Of a stretch of DNA of 64,000 nucleotides, positions 1 to 52,684 are shown one piece after another. The notes under the pieces are model-generated. The model was not told the origin of the DNA. It made no database searches and was given only the letters and a program-made list of their open reading frames with translations. Positions within the stretch are counted from its first letter, which is position 1, and every line of letters begins with the position of its first letter. Origin of the DNA: the human T2T-CHM13v2.0 reference genome, Homo sapiens; assembly GCF_009914755.1 (NCBI RefSeq), contig NC_060934.1. One strand, given 5' to 3'. The position numbers and the translations under genes are program-made.

Positions 1-366
1 TAGATATAAAATCAAGCAGATTTTTTCAGGTCCAGTTTTTCTTTTCTGTGGTTATCCTGGGTGAAGAAATAGCAACTTCAAAGGACAGATCCTGTGAATG
101 TGACTTATTTATCCTGGTTGCTCTATCTCTGTGAATGTAAGTGACAGGTGGGGCTCAGAGGGAGTCTGTTTTGAGCATCTTATAGGTTGGAGAGGACCTC
201 AGAGGTGAGCTGGTGCAATGGTTCTCAGGTGGGGCTCCACAGAACCCAGTGCTCCTTGGAGGCCCAAGGCAGGAAAGGTGGCGACCAAGCTGTTGAAGTT
301 CCCAGGCACTTGCCCACTCCAGCCAGGACAGCTCCCCTTGCATCTGTTTTATATATTAGAGTATAA

Positions 367-806
<440 letters not shown>

Positions 807-823
807 TGAACTTTGGCAGGTTT

Positions 824-905
824 CACCCACAGAGGGGATGGTGTGGTGTGGCCAGTGGCTGGTTACACCCACAGAGAGGATGGTGTGGTGTGGTGTGGCC
901 AGTGG
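824..905. repeat. Two-copy direct repeat (about 35-40 bp, with GGTGT subrepeats)
   Basis: cacccacagaggggatggtgtggtgtggccagtgg at 824 and a near-identical copy at 866. Confidence 0.9.
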
Positions 906-999
906 TAGCCCTTAGCTGAAGCAGCTGATACAATGTGCCGGGGCCCAGGAGCTACAGGGGACCCACACGTGCATAACCAGGGAGCAACACTGCCTGTCA

Positions 1000-1390
<391 letters not shown>

Positions 1391-1783
1391 ACAGACAGCA
1401 AGAAAAAATGGGTAGGGAGGTGCAGGCAGAGAAAGGGATGGAGGAAGAGGGGTTCCAGAGCAGTCTGTTGTTCTAGCTTTGAGAGCAGACAACTGGCCCC
1501 ACTGATGAACTCAGTTGCTCAGCAAACATGGATGTCTCTGGAAGCCCCTGGTGGATCAGGCACACCAAGGCATACAGTCCACCTGCTGTCTGGTACTGGA
1601 ACACTCACCCTAGCCCCTAACGGTGCGCCTGCACACCTCTACTCCCATTTGGGAATCTCATCTTGGCTCAGACAAAGCCAGTGCCCTGCTCAGAGAAGTA
1701 AAGAATGTGCTGCTTATAACAATAAACTGCATTACTAATTTGGATCTGTTAGATTTGCAGAAAACAAGATAGTTTAACCACTG

Positions 1784-2178
1784 TTATACTTGATAAAGAA
1801 CTTATTTAAATTAAAAGAAAATCTTGGTCAAGCTGGTCTCAGTGGCTCATGCCTGTAATCTCAGCACTTTGGGAGGCTAAGTTGGGAGGACTATTTGAAC
1901 TTAGGATGTCAAGGCCGCAGTGAGCTGATTGGGCCACTGCACTCCAGCCTGGGTGACAGAGACTCTGTCTAAAAAAAAAAAAAAGAAAAAAGAAATATTG
2001 GTTTAAAGAAACCAGACTACTTTGTCTTTTTATGAAGGCCATCAGCATGTTAAATAAAGTTTATCCTTTCTCCCCAAAAGCAATTCATTCAATAAGGGCA
2101 TGTGCTAAGGGGTTTTTCTTTCTTTCCTCTCCTCCCTTCTGAGATCCCAGTATAATTTTAAATATTGTTTATGGAAAT
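1784..2178 (+). repeat. Copy 1 of a local ~220-bp duplication, interrupted by an Alu monomer (about 1830-1995)
   Basis: Aligns by eye to 4158-4378; monomer flanked by aagaaaatcttggt / aagaaatattggt. Confidence 0.9.
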
Positions 2179-3787
2179 CCCACTGCTCCTATTTGTCAAG
2201 CCTCAAAGAACAAAAAGACAAGAAGAGACCAGGCTGGACCCAGTGAGGGTGTTTTTGTTTTGTTTTCTGTGGATGAATAGATTCAGGAAGGCAAACTGGT
2301 TCATTTTCTGGTTGGCTTTCTTTAGGAATGCATTGCTAACTCAGATTCAAAGAAAACTAAAATTATTTTCATTCATTTCTCATCCAAGTACCACAGGTGG
2401 CCAAACGTATTTATATTAGAAAATAGCATAAGGCCAATAATAAAGAAACAAGCTACATTATAGATCAACAACTTCTGCATTTCTCTTTTTTAAAATAACC
2501 ACAGCTCAGGTTCAACAGAGACAACAAAACATGTTAAAATGTCTTAGTATCCTGCAGTAGCAGCAGATATCCTAAATCTACCCCTTAAATGCCCCTACCC
2601 CTTGTCCCCAGCTCCTCTAGAGTGACCACACATGCTCTGCCTCTGAATGACAAAGAATGTGCCGGCAGTTGAACTTCCCACTACACGACGTGACTTGAAA
2701 TACTTTTTTAAAAGGGAATGATTTGTTATCCAATAGTATAATTTAAATAAATTGGATTAATGCTTGGTTCTAACATTCATGGTTGGTTAATTTGGTTAAT
2801 TTGATCTGCGTGCCATTTTGATGAAATTGCATTTGATATAGCCCTTTACGTTATAAATTGTTAATGTGCTGTAACATATATGACGATAAAATTATTGACT
2901 ATTCTCATTCACTTAAAGGTGGCCTTGAAAGAAAATGGTTTGGAAAGTATTATACTATAATGATTTGCCCTTGGAGTTCATAAATGGAAGTGTAATAGAG
3001 CCAGTGATTTAGCTCTTATTACTGAAAATGATTTTTACAGCTACAAAATAATGCTAACAAACTATTATTATTTTAATACAGTACTTAGGGTAACACACCA
3101 AAATACAGTCAAACTCTATTAGGTGGGAAGCTAAGATTTTTTTCATACCCTTTAAAATATATTTCAATGTATAGTTAATATATTTATATTGAATCCCCTC
3201 ATTTCCTACCTAGTTTTGTTTTATTTCATCTCAATGTATTCTCCCAAAGGATTATTCTGAACTGACAAAGATGCTTCATTGCAGTGTCTCCATCACTTTT
3301 CATAATATTTGCAATATAAAATATTCTGAAGCACAATACCACAGATTAGGGAAATATCATAGAGGATAAAAATGAATAAATTGAATAAATTTCAGCAATT
3401 TTAAAACAGTACATGAGTCCATTAGGGATGACACTGTGAATTTCATGTTCATGAAAACAATGTTTAAAGTTTTTTTTAAATTTCAATTCCATCATTAAAA
3501 GCTCTAAGATCTCTTATTTCTAGATTTAAAATAATGTATGATGAAAGCATTTTGATTTGCATACTTCTGAAGAGAATGATCTCGAAAGAGTGCTTTAAAA
3601 ATAAGCCGTCTCGTGAGTCTAGATCCTTTGTCAAGGTGATTCATCGGTGTGACCGAACCCCACCTGTGACACCCTGGCCTATAATTATAGCTCCCAATCC
3701 TCAAATTACTGACTGCTGTCTCTTTTTCAAAGCCTCGTTGTAGAAGCTTGACTGTAGAAAAAAATGGTCATTTAAGTCAGGATGCTG

Positions 3788-4019
3788 TTGTATGTTCTCA
3801 CCCATAAGTGGAAGCTAAACTGTAAGGGTACAAAGGCATCAGAATGACATAATAGACTTTGGGTACTCAGGGGAAAGGTGGGAAGAGGGTGAGGGATAAA
3901 AGACTACAAATCAGGTTCAGTACACCAAAATCTCACAAATCACCACTGAAGAACTTACTCATGTAACCAAATACCACCAATAAAAAATTTAACAAAAACT
4001 AAATAAATAAATAAATAAA
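3788..4019 (+). mobile_element. 5'-truncated L1 3' end (L1PB-like) with TSD tcaggatgctg
   Basis: L1 3'UTR sequence, A-rich tail, TSD at 3777-3787 and 4020-4030. Confidence 0.85.
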
Positions 4020-4157
4020 TCAGGATGCTGGAGCTGTCTAATGGCCCACCTTGCTGGCTGGCAGAGGGTTTGTTGCAGCCCTCCACAGTTTACAAAAAAA
4101 AAAATTAAAATGTGGAAAAGTTGAGGTGTAAAATGTGGTTCAACGTATATCAGCTCC

Positions 4158-4378
4158 TTATACTTGATAAAGAAATTATTTGAATAAAAAGAAAATATTG
4201 GTCTAAAGAAACCGGACTATTTTGTCTTTTGATGAAGGCCATCAGGGTGTTAAATAAAGTTTCCTGTTTCTCACCAAAAGCAACTCATTCAATAAGGGCA
4301 CATGCTAAGGGGTTTCCTTTCTTTCCTCTCCTCCCATCTGGGATCACAGTATAATTTTAAATATTGTTTATGGGAACC
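4158..4378 (+). repeat. Copy 2 (uninterrupted) of the local duplication
   Basis: ttatacttgataaagaa...aatattgtttatgg shared with 1784-2178. Confidence 0.9.
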
Positions 4379-5067
4379 TCATATGCTGCAATTGTGCAAA
4401 TACAGACACACTGAGTTTGATTCTATTCTATTCAGGAGGCTTTATCGTCTCTTGATGCAAAATTTTATATTCTTCAATTATCTCAAGACCGGTTAGTTTT
4501 CAGTGACTCACCTGGTGATGAATGTGATCTTAATTTTTTAACACGACATTATTACTCAATTATAAAACAGTTGAGCTGTTTCTCCTCAGCAGCATACTCA
4601 TTTCTAGGCTGATCCACAAATGACGTTTGTTAAAATGTTAAAGTCAAATGACATTTTCAGTTTCCAGTTCAAAATGATGGACTGAGCACATGTGCTTTCC
4701 TTCAAACCCCTCCTCTCCAGAGCCACAGAAATAATGGTAAAGAAGTACAAATAAAATAAACAATAACAAAGGGGTAGGGGCTGGTGTGGTTAGTCAACAG
4801 CAGACGGGAGATTGCAAGAAATTTCCAGAAGACTGAAAGTACATAAGAACATATGCACGTCACAGGGGAAGCCACAACTGAGAGTAAAAGCAAGAGGGAA
4901 CTGCGGCGAAGGTGGGGAGCGTGATAAGTGGGGACTCATTGAAGGCCTGTTTCCAGGACAGCTCGGTGAATTATCCTTTCTCCCTCCTTTACTACTAGAA
5001 GAGTTTCCAGCAATTTGGTGTTTAGCCCTTAAGCTAACAATCTGAGAGTTCTTCTCTAAAGCAATCA

Positions 5068-5378
<311 letters not shown>

Positions 5379-5497
5379 ACTACAAGGCACACGTAGAATT
5401 TCTAGGATAAATATCACACCACAAAATAAACCTCCCTGCTCATTCTGGCATTTGGGGGTTCTCAGTTCCTAACTGGACACCCTAAAGCCATGCCTGC

Positions 5498-5853
5498 TGA
5501 TGTGGTTTGGCTGTGTCCTCATCCACATCTCAACTTGAATTGTGTCTCCCAGAATTCCCACATGTTGTGGGAGCGACTCAGGGGGAAGTAACTGAATCAT
5601 GGGAGCTGGACTTTCCTGTGCTATTCTCCTGATAGTGAATAAGTCTCACGAGATCTGATGGGTTTATCAGGGGTTTCTGCTTTTCCTTCCTCCTCATTTT
5701 TTTCTTGCTGCTGCCATGTAAGAAGTGGTTTTTGCCTCCCGCCCTGATTCTGAGGCCTCCCCAGCTATGTGGAACTGTTAAGTCTAACGAAAACTCTTTT
5801 TGTTCCCAGTTTTGCATGTGTCTTTATCAGCAGTGTGAAAATGAACTAATACA
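5498..5853 (+). mobile_element. THE1A-like solo LTR (ERVL-MaLR)
   Basis: TGATGTGGTTTGGCTGTGTCC...ACTAATACA termini; GGGTTTATCAGGGGTTTC segment. Confidence 0.9.
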
Positions 5854-5858
5854 ACTAG

Positions 5859-7338
<1,480 letters not shown>

Positions 7339-7659
7339 AAAGTTTACTTCCCTGTCCTGTTTCTGAAGAGTTACATCAGGTGGATACCAACAAAACAAGG
7401 GAGAAAACCAAGAAAGAGGAAGTCATAGGGCCAAGGATGAACAGAGAAGATAGGTCCCAGAAAGACCAGTCCCAGGAAGACCGCTGGCTAAAACACTCCC
7501 ATTCCAAACTGGAGCTGGAGGTCAGAGGGCTTTGAGAATAACCCCTCTGCAAACGGTTCTCTGGGAAAAACAGGGTCTCTACAAAGAACAATGTGATTGA
7601 GAAGCTGAGTGATTTTGAGGACATGGTAAAGGAACATCTTTTGTCAACACAGAAAAATA

Positions 7660-8286
7660 TGGTCCACGTTCCTATTTGTGGATCCTATATTTGTGAATTT
7701 GCCTACATGCTAAAATGTGTTTGGAGCCCCCAAATCAATACTTGCGGCACTTTCATGGTCATTCTAAGACATGCACGTACACGGAGCAGCAAAACATCTT
7801 AGTCGCCACAAGCACACCTTCCCAGCTGAGACTGCTCCAGGTGACTGCCTTCTTGTTTCAGCTCACAATGCAATCAAGTGCCCTTTCCATGCCCTATTTA
7901 GTGCCATGTTTTTCATATGTTTGTGCTTTTTGTTGGTGATTTTGCTGTTTAGAATGGCCCCCAGGTGTAGTGCTGAAATGATGTCTAGCATTCCTAAGTG
8001 CAAGAAGGCCATGATGTGCAAGCTTCCTTCAGGCACGTGTTAACAGTGCTATTGGCCAGAAGCTCAATGTTAATGAGTCAACAATATCTATTAAACAAGG
8101 TGTCTTTGAACACAAACACACATAAAACAAAGTTAAGTATTGATTAGTTGATGAAATGTTGTGACCAGAGGCTTGTAGGAGCCTAACCATGTATTTCCCC
8201 TAAGCACAGTTTTTCAGTTTTTGCTAATTCTGTGTTTCTGACTACTTTATAGAACATAACTACCCCACATATTGAGAATCAACTAT
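7660..8286. mobile_element. MER82-like TcMar-Tigger DNA transposon
   Basis: Resembles the recalled MER82 consensus (tttatagaacataactac...gagaatcaact terminus; ttcctaagtgcaagaaggc). Confidence 0.75.
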
Positions 8287-9949
8287 AGTTAATAACTTCA
8301 GGGTTAGAGAGGAGCTATACAAGAAAGACATGGTCCAAATGTGAAGCCACGGAAAACGTGGAATGCTTTTGAACATTAGGTTTTCAGAAAAAAACAATTC
8401 GTCTTGACATGAGGACTCAAGAATTCCGATGCTGGACCACAGAGAAGAAACTGTGATGCTAGCATCACACTTGATTCTGCAGAAAATATTTACAAATGTG
8501 ATGAGCACTATACTCAGTTCTGCAGGGAACAATATTTAGAAAGTCTTAACCATGTAAATGGAGTTTAACTTTCAAAATAAATCTAGAGTCAAAATGTGAA
8601 TGATTTTATTGTGATTATAGAATAAAATATATATGTTATGAACTAGGACAATAGCAAGTATAGAAGACAGAAGTAGAGCTTAGGGAGGTGATGTAGGGAG
8701 GAGAGGACCAGGGAAAGATTAGGGCGCTCATATCCTCCTCTCATATGATGATGACATGAGAGATAATCCCCAAAGTTGATGAAGTCAGAAACAGAGATTG
8801 GAGTGTACAGTATTACTTCAAGTTTCCAAGGCGATCAGTGGAGGAAATAAAACTGAAAAAATAACTGTCAACAATTGAAAAGGGAGGAGGAAGGTGGGTT
8901 AAGGCCTCATCCTTCTTTGGCACAGATAGAGACTGTCTAAAAATGAAAATAGATCAAGAAGTGGAGGTATAAGCATGAGAGTTTTGGAGGTAGCCACCAG
9001 AACTGAAATTAACCCTTGTTGCCTGTACTTGTCTCTCTCAATGAGACCAATGAGTGAGAAACTGTTGCTCTTCATTTTATACATTTTGATTCCTTTTTGC
9101 TTTTTTTTTTTACTATGTGCAAATATTCCTCAGATTTAAAGATAAACTCAAAATATTTAAATAATTTCTTTAACTTTCTTATTTTCCTTACTTTAGGGTA
9201 ACCTTGAGCAAGTCAGAAGTATAGGTTTAAGCTTGTTGGTGGTGGGCCCTAGCATAGAAATTCCCTCACTTTCTCAGAGTTCTTAATGTCTCCAGCATGT
9301 TCTTGATACCACTAGGGCAGAGGAAATGCCTGCCTGTTCCATTTATGAAGTGTTGAGGCCCAAACAACTTAATAAGTATTCATGTTCTAACATCGTACTA
9401 GCCATATGGGAAAATAATACACATGAATTAAAAGGAAAAAGTATTCTTATTCTGTTCTTAAATAACCACAATGAATTACAAATAGGATGTGTACAGCTGT
9501 TGGGCACTGCACAGGTACCCAGACCTTGGAGTCAGATTGGACACTGCCACCCTCATTTTCTGTTCTGTATTGACTTTCACCCAACACTCGCTTTTAATCA
9601 CAGCAACAGCCAAAAACCCAGCTTTGCAAGAAAAAAATGGCATCATCTAAAGGAACATAGTGCACCCTACTGTTGAAACTGAACCATCGGGAGCTGGTAG
9701 TGGTGGGGTCCCACAGAGGCCAACTATGGCTGTATTCAAGGGAAAGCTTAAACCTTCCTGCAGTGCTTCTGTGGGTTTGTTGATTGCCCCAGTGTACCCT
9801 GGTGCACAGTTTGGGAACCATGGCTCTGACATCTATTTGAAACTTCATTTTGGTCTGTCAGGCAACTTCATTGGAAAATATTGGAGGACAAGGGTCATAT
9901 AAATTTAACAACATCTAATGTAGTTTCTTGTTCAATAATAAATGCTCCA

Positions 9950-10066
9950 TAAATACTGTCTTAGATTGAATCTATGATGGTATCGATTGCAAGATGCATA
10001 CCAACTTCTAGAGACAGTAAAATGTTAAAAAATAAAAGTGCATCATAAAATCAGTGAAATACGGTA
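9950..10066. mobile_element. MER104-like (TcMar-Tc2) fragment
   Basis: atcgattgcaagatgcat...tgaaatacggta terminus. Confidence 0.55.
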
Positions 10067-11480
10067 GTTATTTGAATAGTCTGGTGTGAGTTTATTGCCC
10101 GTGTCTGAGTCAGTGCTGCAACTTCATATTTACCCGGTGTTATATATAAAATCTAACCTGTCGGTGTTGTTATGGGCTTAAAAGCCAAACCTAGAAATAA
10201 ATTCTGAAACAACAGAGTCTGAATACGCCCTCTTCCCCAGCACACACAAGACCAACGATGTGCTTCCCGTTGCTGTGCTCCTGGGGGTTCGGGGGAACGA
10301 GCCAGGAGCCCTACATTCTCCCTCTTCCTCTCTGAGTCTGGAGTTTTACCTCCCTGTTTCTCACCGTTAACATTCTTGAAATGCTCTGATCCACTCTACG
10401 AGTAATTATAAGACTGTATACCTTGGTCTTTCTGCTATGAAAGGACAGGTACATTGCAGATTCAGGGTTTGTCTGGTTTCCTCTATAGCCCACGTGCATC
10501 TGGGAAAATGGGGCCACCTGAACAGAGCCACGTGGCCTCCAGGGATTGCCCACATGGTGTCTCTGAGGACACCAAGAGCTGCGTCCAGCCATATTCTCTC
10601 CAAACATGTAAACTTAGTGTATTGTAGTCCTTAAGCTTTGCCTAATCAGAGGGAAATTGTCTTAGAGCAGAAATTGTTTCCTTCAGGCTAATACTTAAAT
10701 GTAAACATTTAATATTAGCCTGAAGAAAACAAATTTTCACCTTGCAATGGTTCTTTTTAGACAGTAGGCCTACACCGAGACTCCAATTACCAGGATGTGG
10801 ATAAAAACCCATTCAAGTTTTTGACTCCTGACTTCCCAAGACGGAATAGAGTTGGAGGAAAGGGTGGCCCGGGAAAGAAGGAAGTTCAGGGTTATAATTT
10901 ATCATAACTCCAGGCATAATCCAGCACAGGCTTTGGGGAGAGGTGGTCTTTAGAAAGCAGGGTCTTCTCTGGAGTGGCCCCAGAGGCTCAGCACTTCCTC
11001 CCGTCGGTGGGCTCTGGTAGATGTAACATGTCAGCTCCATAAGCCCCTCCTTGCTTCCCCTAGGGATTCCTGGATGTGCTCTAATTCTTACTGTCCGTGT
11101 CCAGGGACCTCACAGCCCTGAGTCCCCAGGAGGGCCTGGGAGATAGGTGCCTGGCTGCTTAAATTCCGCACAAGACCTGAAAAGATGGGTTTGGCAGGCA
11201 TAGAGGACTCTCCAGTCCTGCTTAAAATACATGCATAAGTCAGTCCATCTCACACTTAGACTTCAGATGGAGCTGCATCCCCCACCCAGGGGGATTTCCT
11301 CTAAGGCCCTCACTTAGAGGGAAGTCTGGAAGCCACAGAGGGAAAAACTTATTATAAAGTACCATGTTCAGGATGATTCTTACATTTAGGTACTTTTTTA
11401 CAATGTGCAGGTGGTATGTTTCTCTACTTGTTCCTACTTTGATTTTCCTTACTTGGCTATTTTATCTTCATGAGTGTTGA

Positions 11481-11781
<301 letters not shown>

Positions 11782-11956
11782 TCTTCCTGAGTGTTTTAGG
11801 CATCCGTCCCCTAAAGTCACTTGCTTTTCTTATACTCCTAGTCCTAAGTTCCAATTTTTAGGGCAGTTTGTGACTTCTCTTGGCAGCTAATAGTAGGAAA
11901 GTCCCTAAATGGCTTTATCCTGCACACCTAGTCATTCTCTGGCTGTTTTGAGGAAA

Positions 11957-12100
11957 GTGTGTGTGTGTGTGTGTGTGTCTGTGTGCATGTGCATGTGTGT
12001 GTGTGTGTGAGCGCGTGCATGTATGCGTGTGCACGTGCATGCGTGTGTGGGCGCGCGTGTGCATGTGCATGAGTGTGTGTGTGTGTGTGCGCGTGTGCAC
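11957..12100. repeat. Compound (TG)n/(GCAT/GCGT) alternating purine-pyrimidine microsatellite
   Basis: Directly visible; source of the His/Thr and Cys/Val ORFs. Confidence 0.95.
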
Positions 12101-12538
12101 AGGGGGTGTCCCTGCCCTTGTGGTGTTTGTACTTCATGCAGCATTCTCTGGTGGAAGCATGGTAGGGAGAGATTAAGACCAGCCAGCACACACCATATTC
12201 ACAGAGCACGTCCACCCTGTGATGGGCTTTTCAGGTGGTTTCTTGACAACCAGACTTAGTAATCATCCTCCAATCCCACTTACCATTAACTGAGAAAAGC
12301 ACATAATTGGCTTAGGAGAGTCACTAATGCACCTTTATGAGCCTGTGTAGGCTCTTAAGTCTTTAGAACCGACTGCTTAAAGAGCCTAAGCTTCTCTACC
12401 AAAATCATTGAAAAGTGCCTTTCAGAAAAATCAGGATGTTTAAGAGCAGAACAACTGTAAGGATGTTAGCCACCTGCCCTGTTTTACAGAGAAGGCCACT
12501 GAGGTCCAAATAAATAACATATGAAGCTCACATAACTA

Positions 12539-14061
<1,523 letters not shown>

Positions 14062-15519
14062 TAGTTATGTAGAAGCGGCGCTATGCCCAGGACTTTCTGT
14101 TCCGCAGTCCTGGGCTCCTTCCACTATAGCAAGAGCCACCTCCATTTAGAGCACCACAACCCAGCTAGCAAACACGTGCTATGTGAGGACAGGGACCACT
14201 TAGCAATGCTGTCTGTTTCCCCTCTTTCCTGCGACAGGGCTGACTAACAGCAGGCCCTCCATACATTTACCTAACACATAGTTGCTTGCTTCCTCAAAGA
14301 GAAAACCCCTACAAGTGGATTTATGAGAGTGAGCAGCCACAGACAGCAGCAGCACGGCAAAGGTGGGAGATCTTGTTTCTTCCAGATGAAGAAACAACGT
14401 GATAAAACAACATGGCAACATTGCCTGATCTCTGGGCCTTGCAGTCAAAGAGATAATAGTCTAAGGCACTTCTCTCATCTTTGCTTGTACCTAACTGATG
14501 AATAGCTACATCCTTTGGTGGCAAAACGACATATGAAGTATAAAATAGGGGAGTAGTAAGTACATATGAGCATTTTAAATAATGTATATGAAGTATATAC
14601 TAAAATGCCCCAAACTTGAATCATTCACCTCGGGGACAGGTGAGAGTTGAGAAAGGGCTTTGTTGCTAATTTCAGAGCTTTTAATATAGTCTCCTTGGTC
14701 GTAATGGAGTTATCAGATGCTTTAGAAAATTGAAATCTGTTCACTCTTTCACCTAGATTAAGTAAATCCTGGTTTTGTATCTATTTCATATTAACCAAGC
14801 ATTCATTTAATATCTTCTTCTGTCATATTTAGGGACTTTCTTGGGCCCTCCTTTCCTTTGCCATCTTGCCTGTTGGTATGATGACCTAACCAGGATCAAT
14901 GGATAGAACCAATTTCAATTTGTTCTGACTTTCTCATTTTTCATCTCCAGAGGAAACGGCCCCTGAGAACGCCATTGACCTTGGGGAAGAGAGCTTTGAT
15001 ATATTAACACATTTCCTAGAAAATGTCATTTTCCTTTTCTTTGCTCCTGACCGTTTGTCCCTTGTAATTTGCTTTTACTTACTGAAGATTATATTCCATT
15101 TGTCGGTTACGGTACCCTGTCAACCAGCAGACCAAGCCTACCCAAGATCTACTACAATTTTCTAGATTGTGGGTGGGCTTACAAAGACTCTGTCCAGGAA
15201 TATGTGATTATTTTGTCTTCACACAAAAGATAGCTTCCTTAAGCAACAGTGAATGTTTCTCTCTTAGTTCCTGGTGCTGAATTCACCTCTTTGTGCTGAC
15301 TGTGAAGTTTCTCCCAAAATCAACCTGGATTCCTCATTCCAAGGAACAGACGCTCAGGCTGCATTATGGCTTTTCATTTGCTATGTTTGCATACCACACA
15401 TATTCAGTAAAACTGCCTCTTCTGGCCTGTTTCCATTTCTGAGTGCTACATTATTGCAGGATTTAGAAAAGTGTCTAAAAAATACACATCAGCTCTCAGT
15501 TATGTCTGTCAAACCTAAC

Positions 15520-15879
15520 GGATGGTTTGGCTGTGTCCCCACCCAAATCTCATCTTGAATTATAGCTCCCATAATTCCCACATGTTGTGGGAGGGACCTG
15601 GTGGGAGATAATTGAATCATGGGGGTGGTTTCCCCCATACCATTCTCGTGGTAGTGAATAAGTCTCACGAGATCTGATGGGTTTATAAGAGGAAACCCCT
15701 TTCGCTTGGTTCTCATTCTCTCTTGTCTACTGCCATATAAGACGTGCCTTTCACCTTCCACTATGATTGTGAGGCCTCCCCAGCCACGTGGAACTGTGAG
15801 TGCATTAAACCTCTGTTTCTTTATAAATTACCCAGTCTTGGATACATCTTTATTAGCAGTGTGAGAACAGACTAATACA
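15520..15879 (+). mobile_element. THE1 (THE1C-like) solo LTR with 5-bp TSD CTAAC
   Basis: ATGGTTTGGCTGTGTCCCCACCCAAATCTC...ACTAATACA; TSD at 15515-15519 and 15880-15884. Confidence 0.92.
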
Positions 15880-15921
15880 CTAACCATTATAATGGGCAAA
15901 GTCATATAAGCCAAGAGGAAT

Positions 15922-16317
15922 TGTATTAGTTTTCTTATTGTTGCTGGAACAAATTACCCCAAACTTAGTGTTTAAAACAATACAAATTTATTTTCTTATA
16001 GTTCAGGGGTCAGAAGTCCAAAATTAGCCTTACTGGGCTAAAGTCAAGGTATCAGCAGGACTAATTCCTTCTGATGGCTTTGAGGGGAAAATCCTTTTCC
16101 TTCTGTTCTCACATCTCTTACTGCCCACTCTGACCCCCTGCCTCCGTCTTCTAAGGCAATTATGTTAGCCCCATCCAGATAATCCAAGATAAACCTCCCC
16201 ATCTCAAGACCCTTAGCTTAATCCCATCTGCAAAGTCTCTGTCATATAAGATAACAGTCACAGGTTCTGGGGATGAGGAAATTGACATCTTTGGGGATCA
16301 TTGTTCAGCTGACCACA
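15922..16317 (-). mobile_element. MLT1-family LTR
   Basis: tgtattagtttt...aacaaattacc.caaacttagtg...taatcccatctgcaaagtc...accaca. Confidence 0.8.
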
Positions 16318-16652
16318 GGACCGAGACCTCCCTATTCAGTGACAGTTTTCTGTGGCCTTTCCTCTTGAGGTCAGGCTGCTTTGGTGGGGGAGGGATGTTT
16401 GTGGGTGGGCTTGCCCATGCCCTTCAGAGACCCCATGCCTGACTCCGTGCCTCCTGCACCTGCAGTAGCAGCCAGATTTCAGCTGCCTCCCCAGGGCAGT
16501 CAGAGGTGTCACAGTGGTGCCCAAGGGCCATGCCACTGTGCCCAAGATGTTTGCCAACTACCCTTCCTCAACTCTGTCTTCTTTCCTTTTTAGCATTGTG
16601 TTAGTGCCGGGAGGCCACTGTGTCAGCAAGCTGAGAGGGAAACTGAAGCAAG

Positions 16653-52684
<36,032 letters not shown>

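Noticed and set aside
11915-12259. His/Thr- and Cys/Val-rich ORFs (also at 29022-29378 and 20335-20653)
   Set aside because: Artefacts of dinucleotide repeats lacking stop codons.
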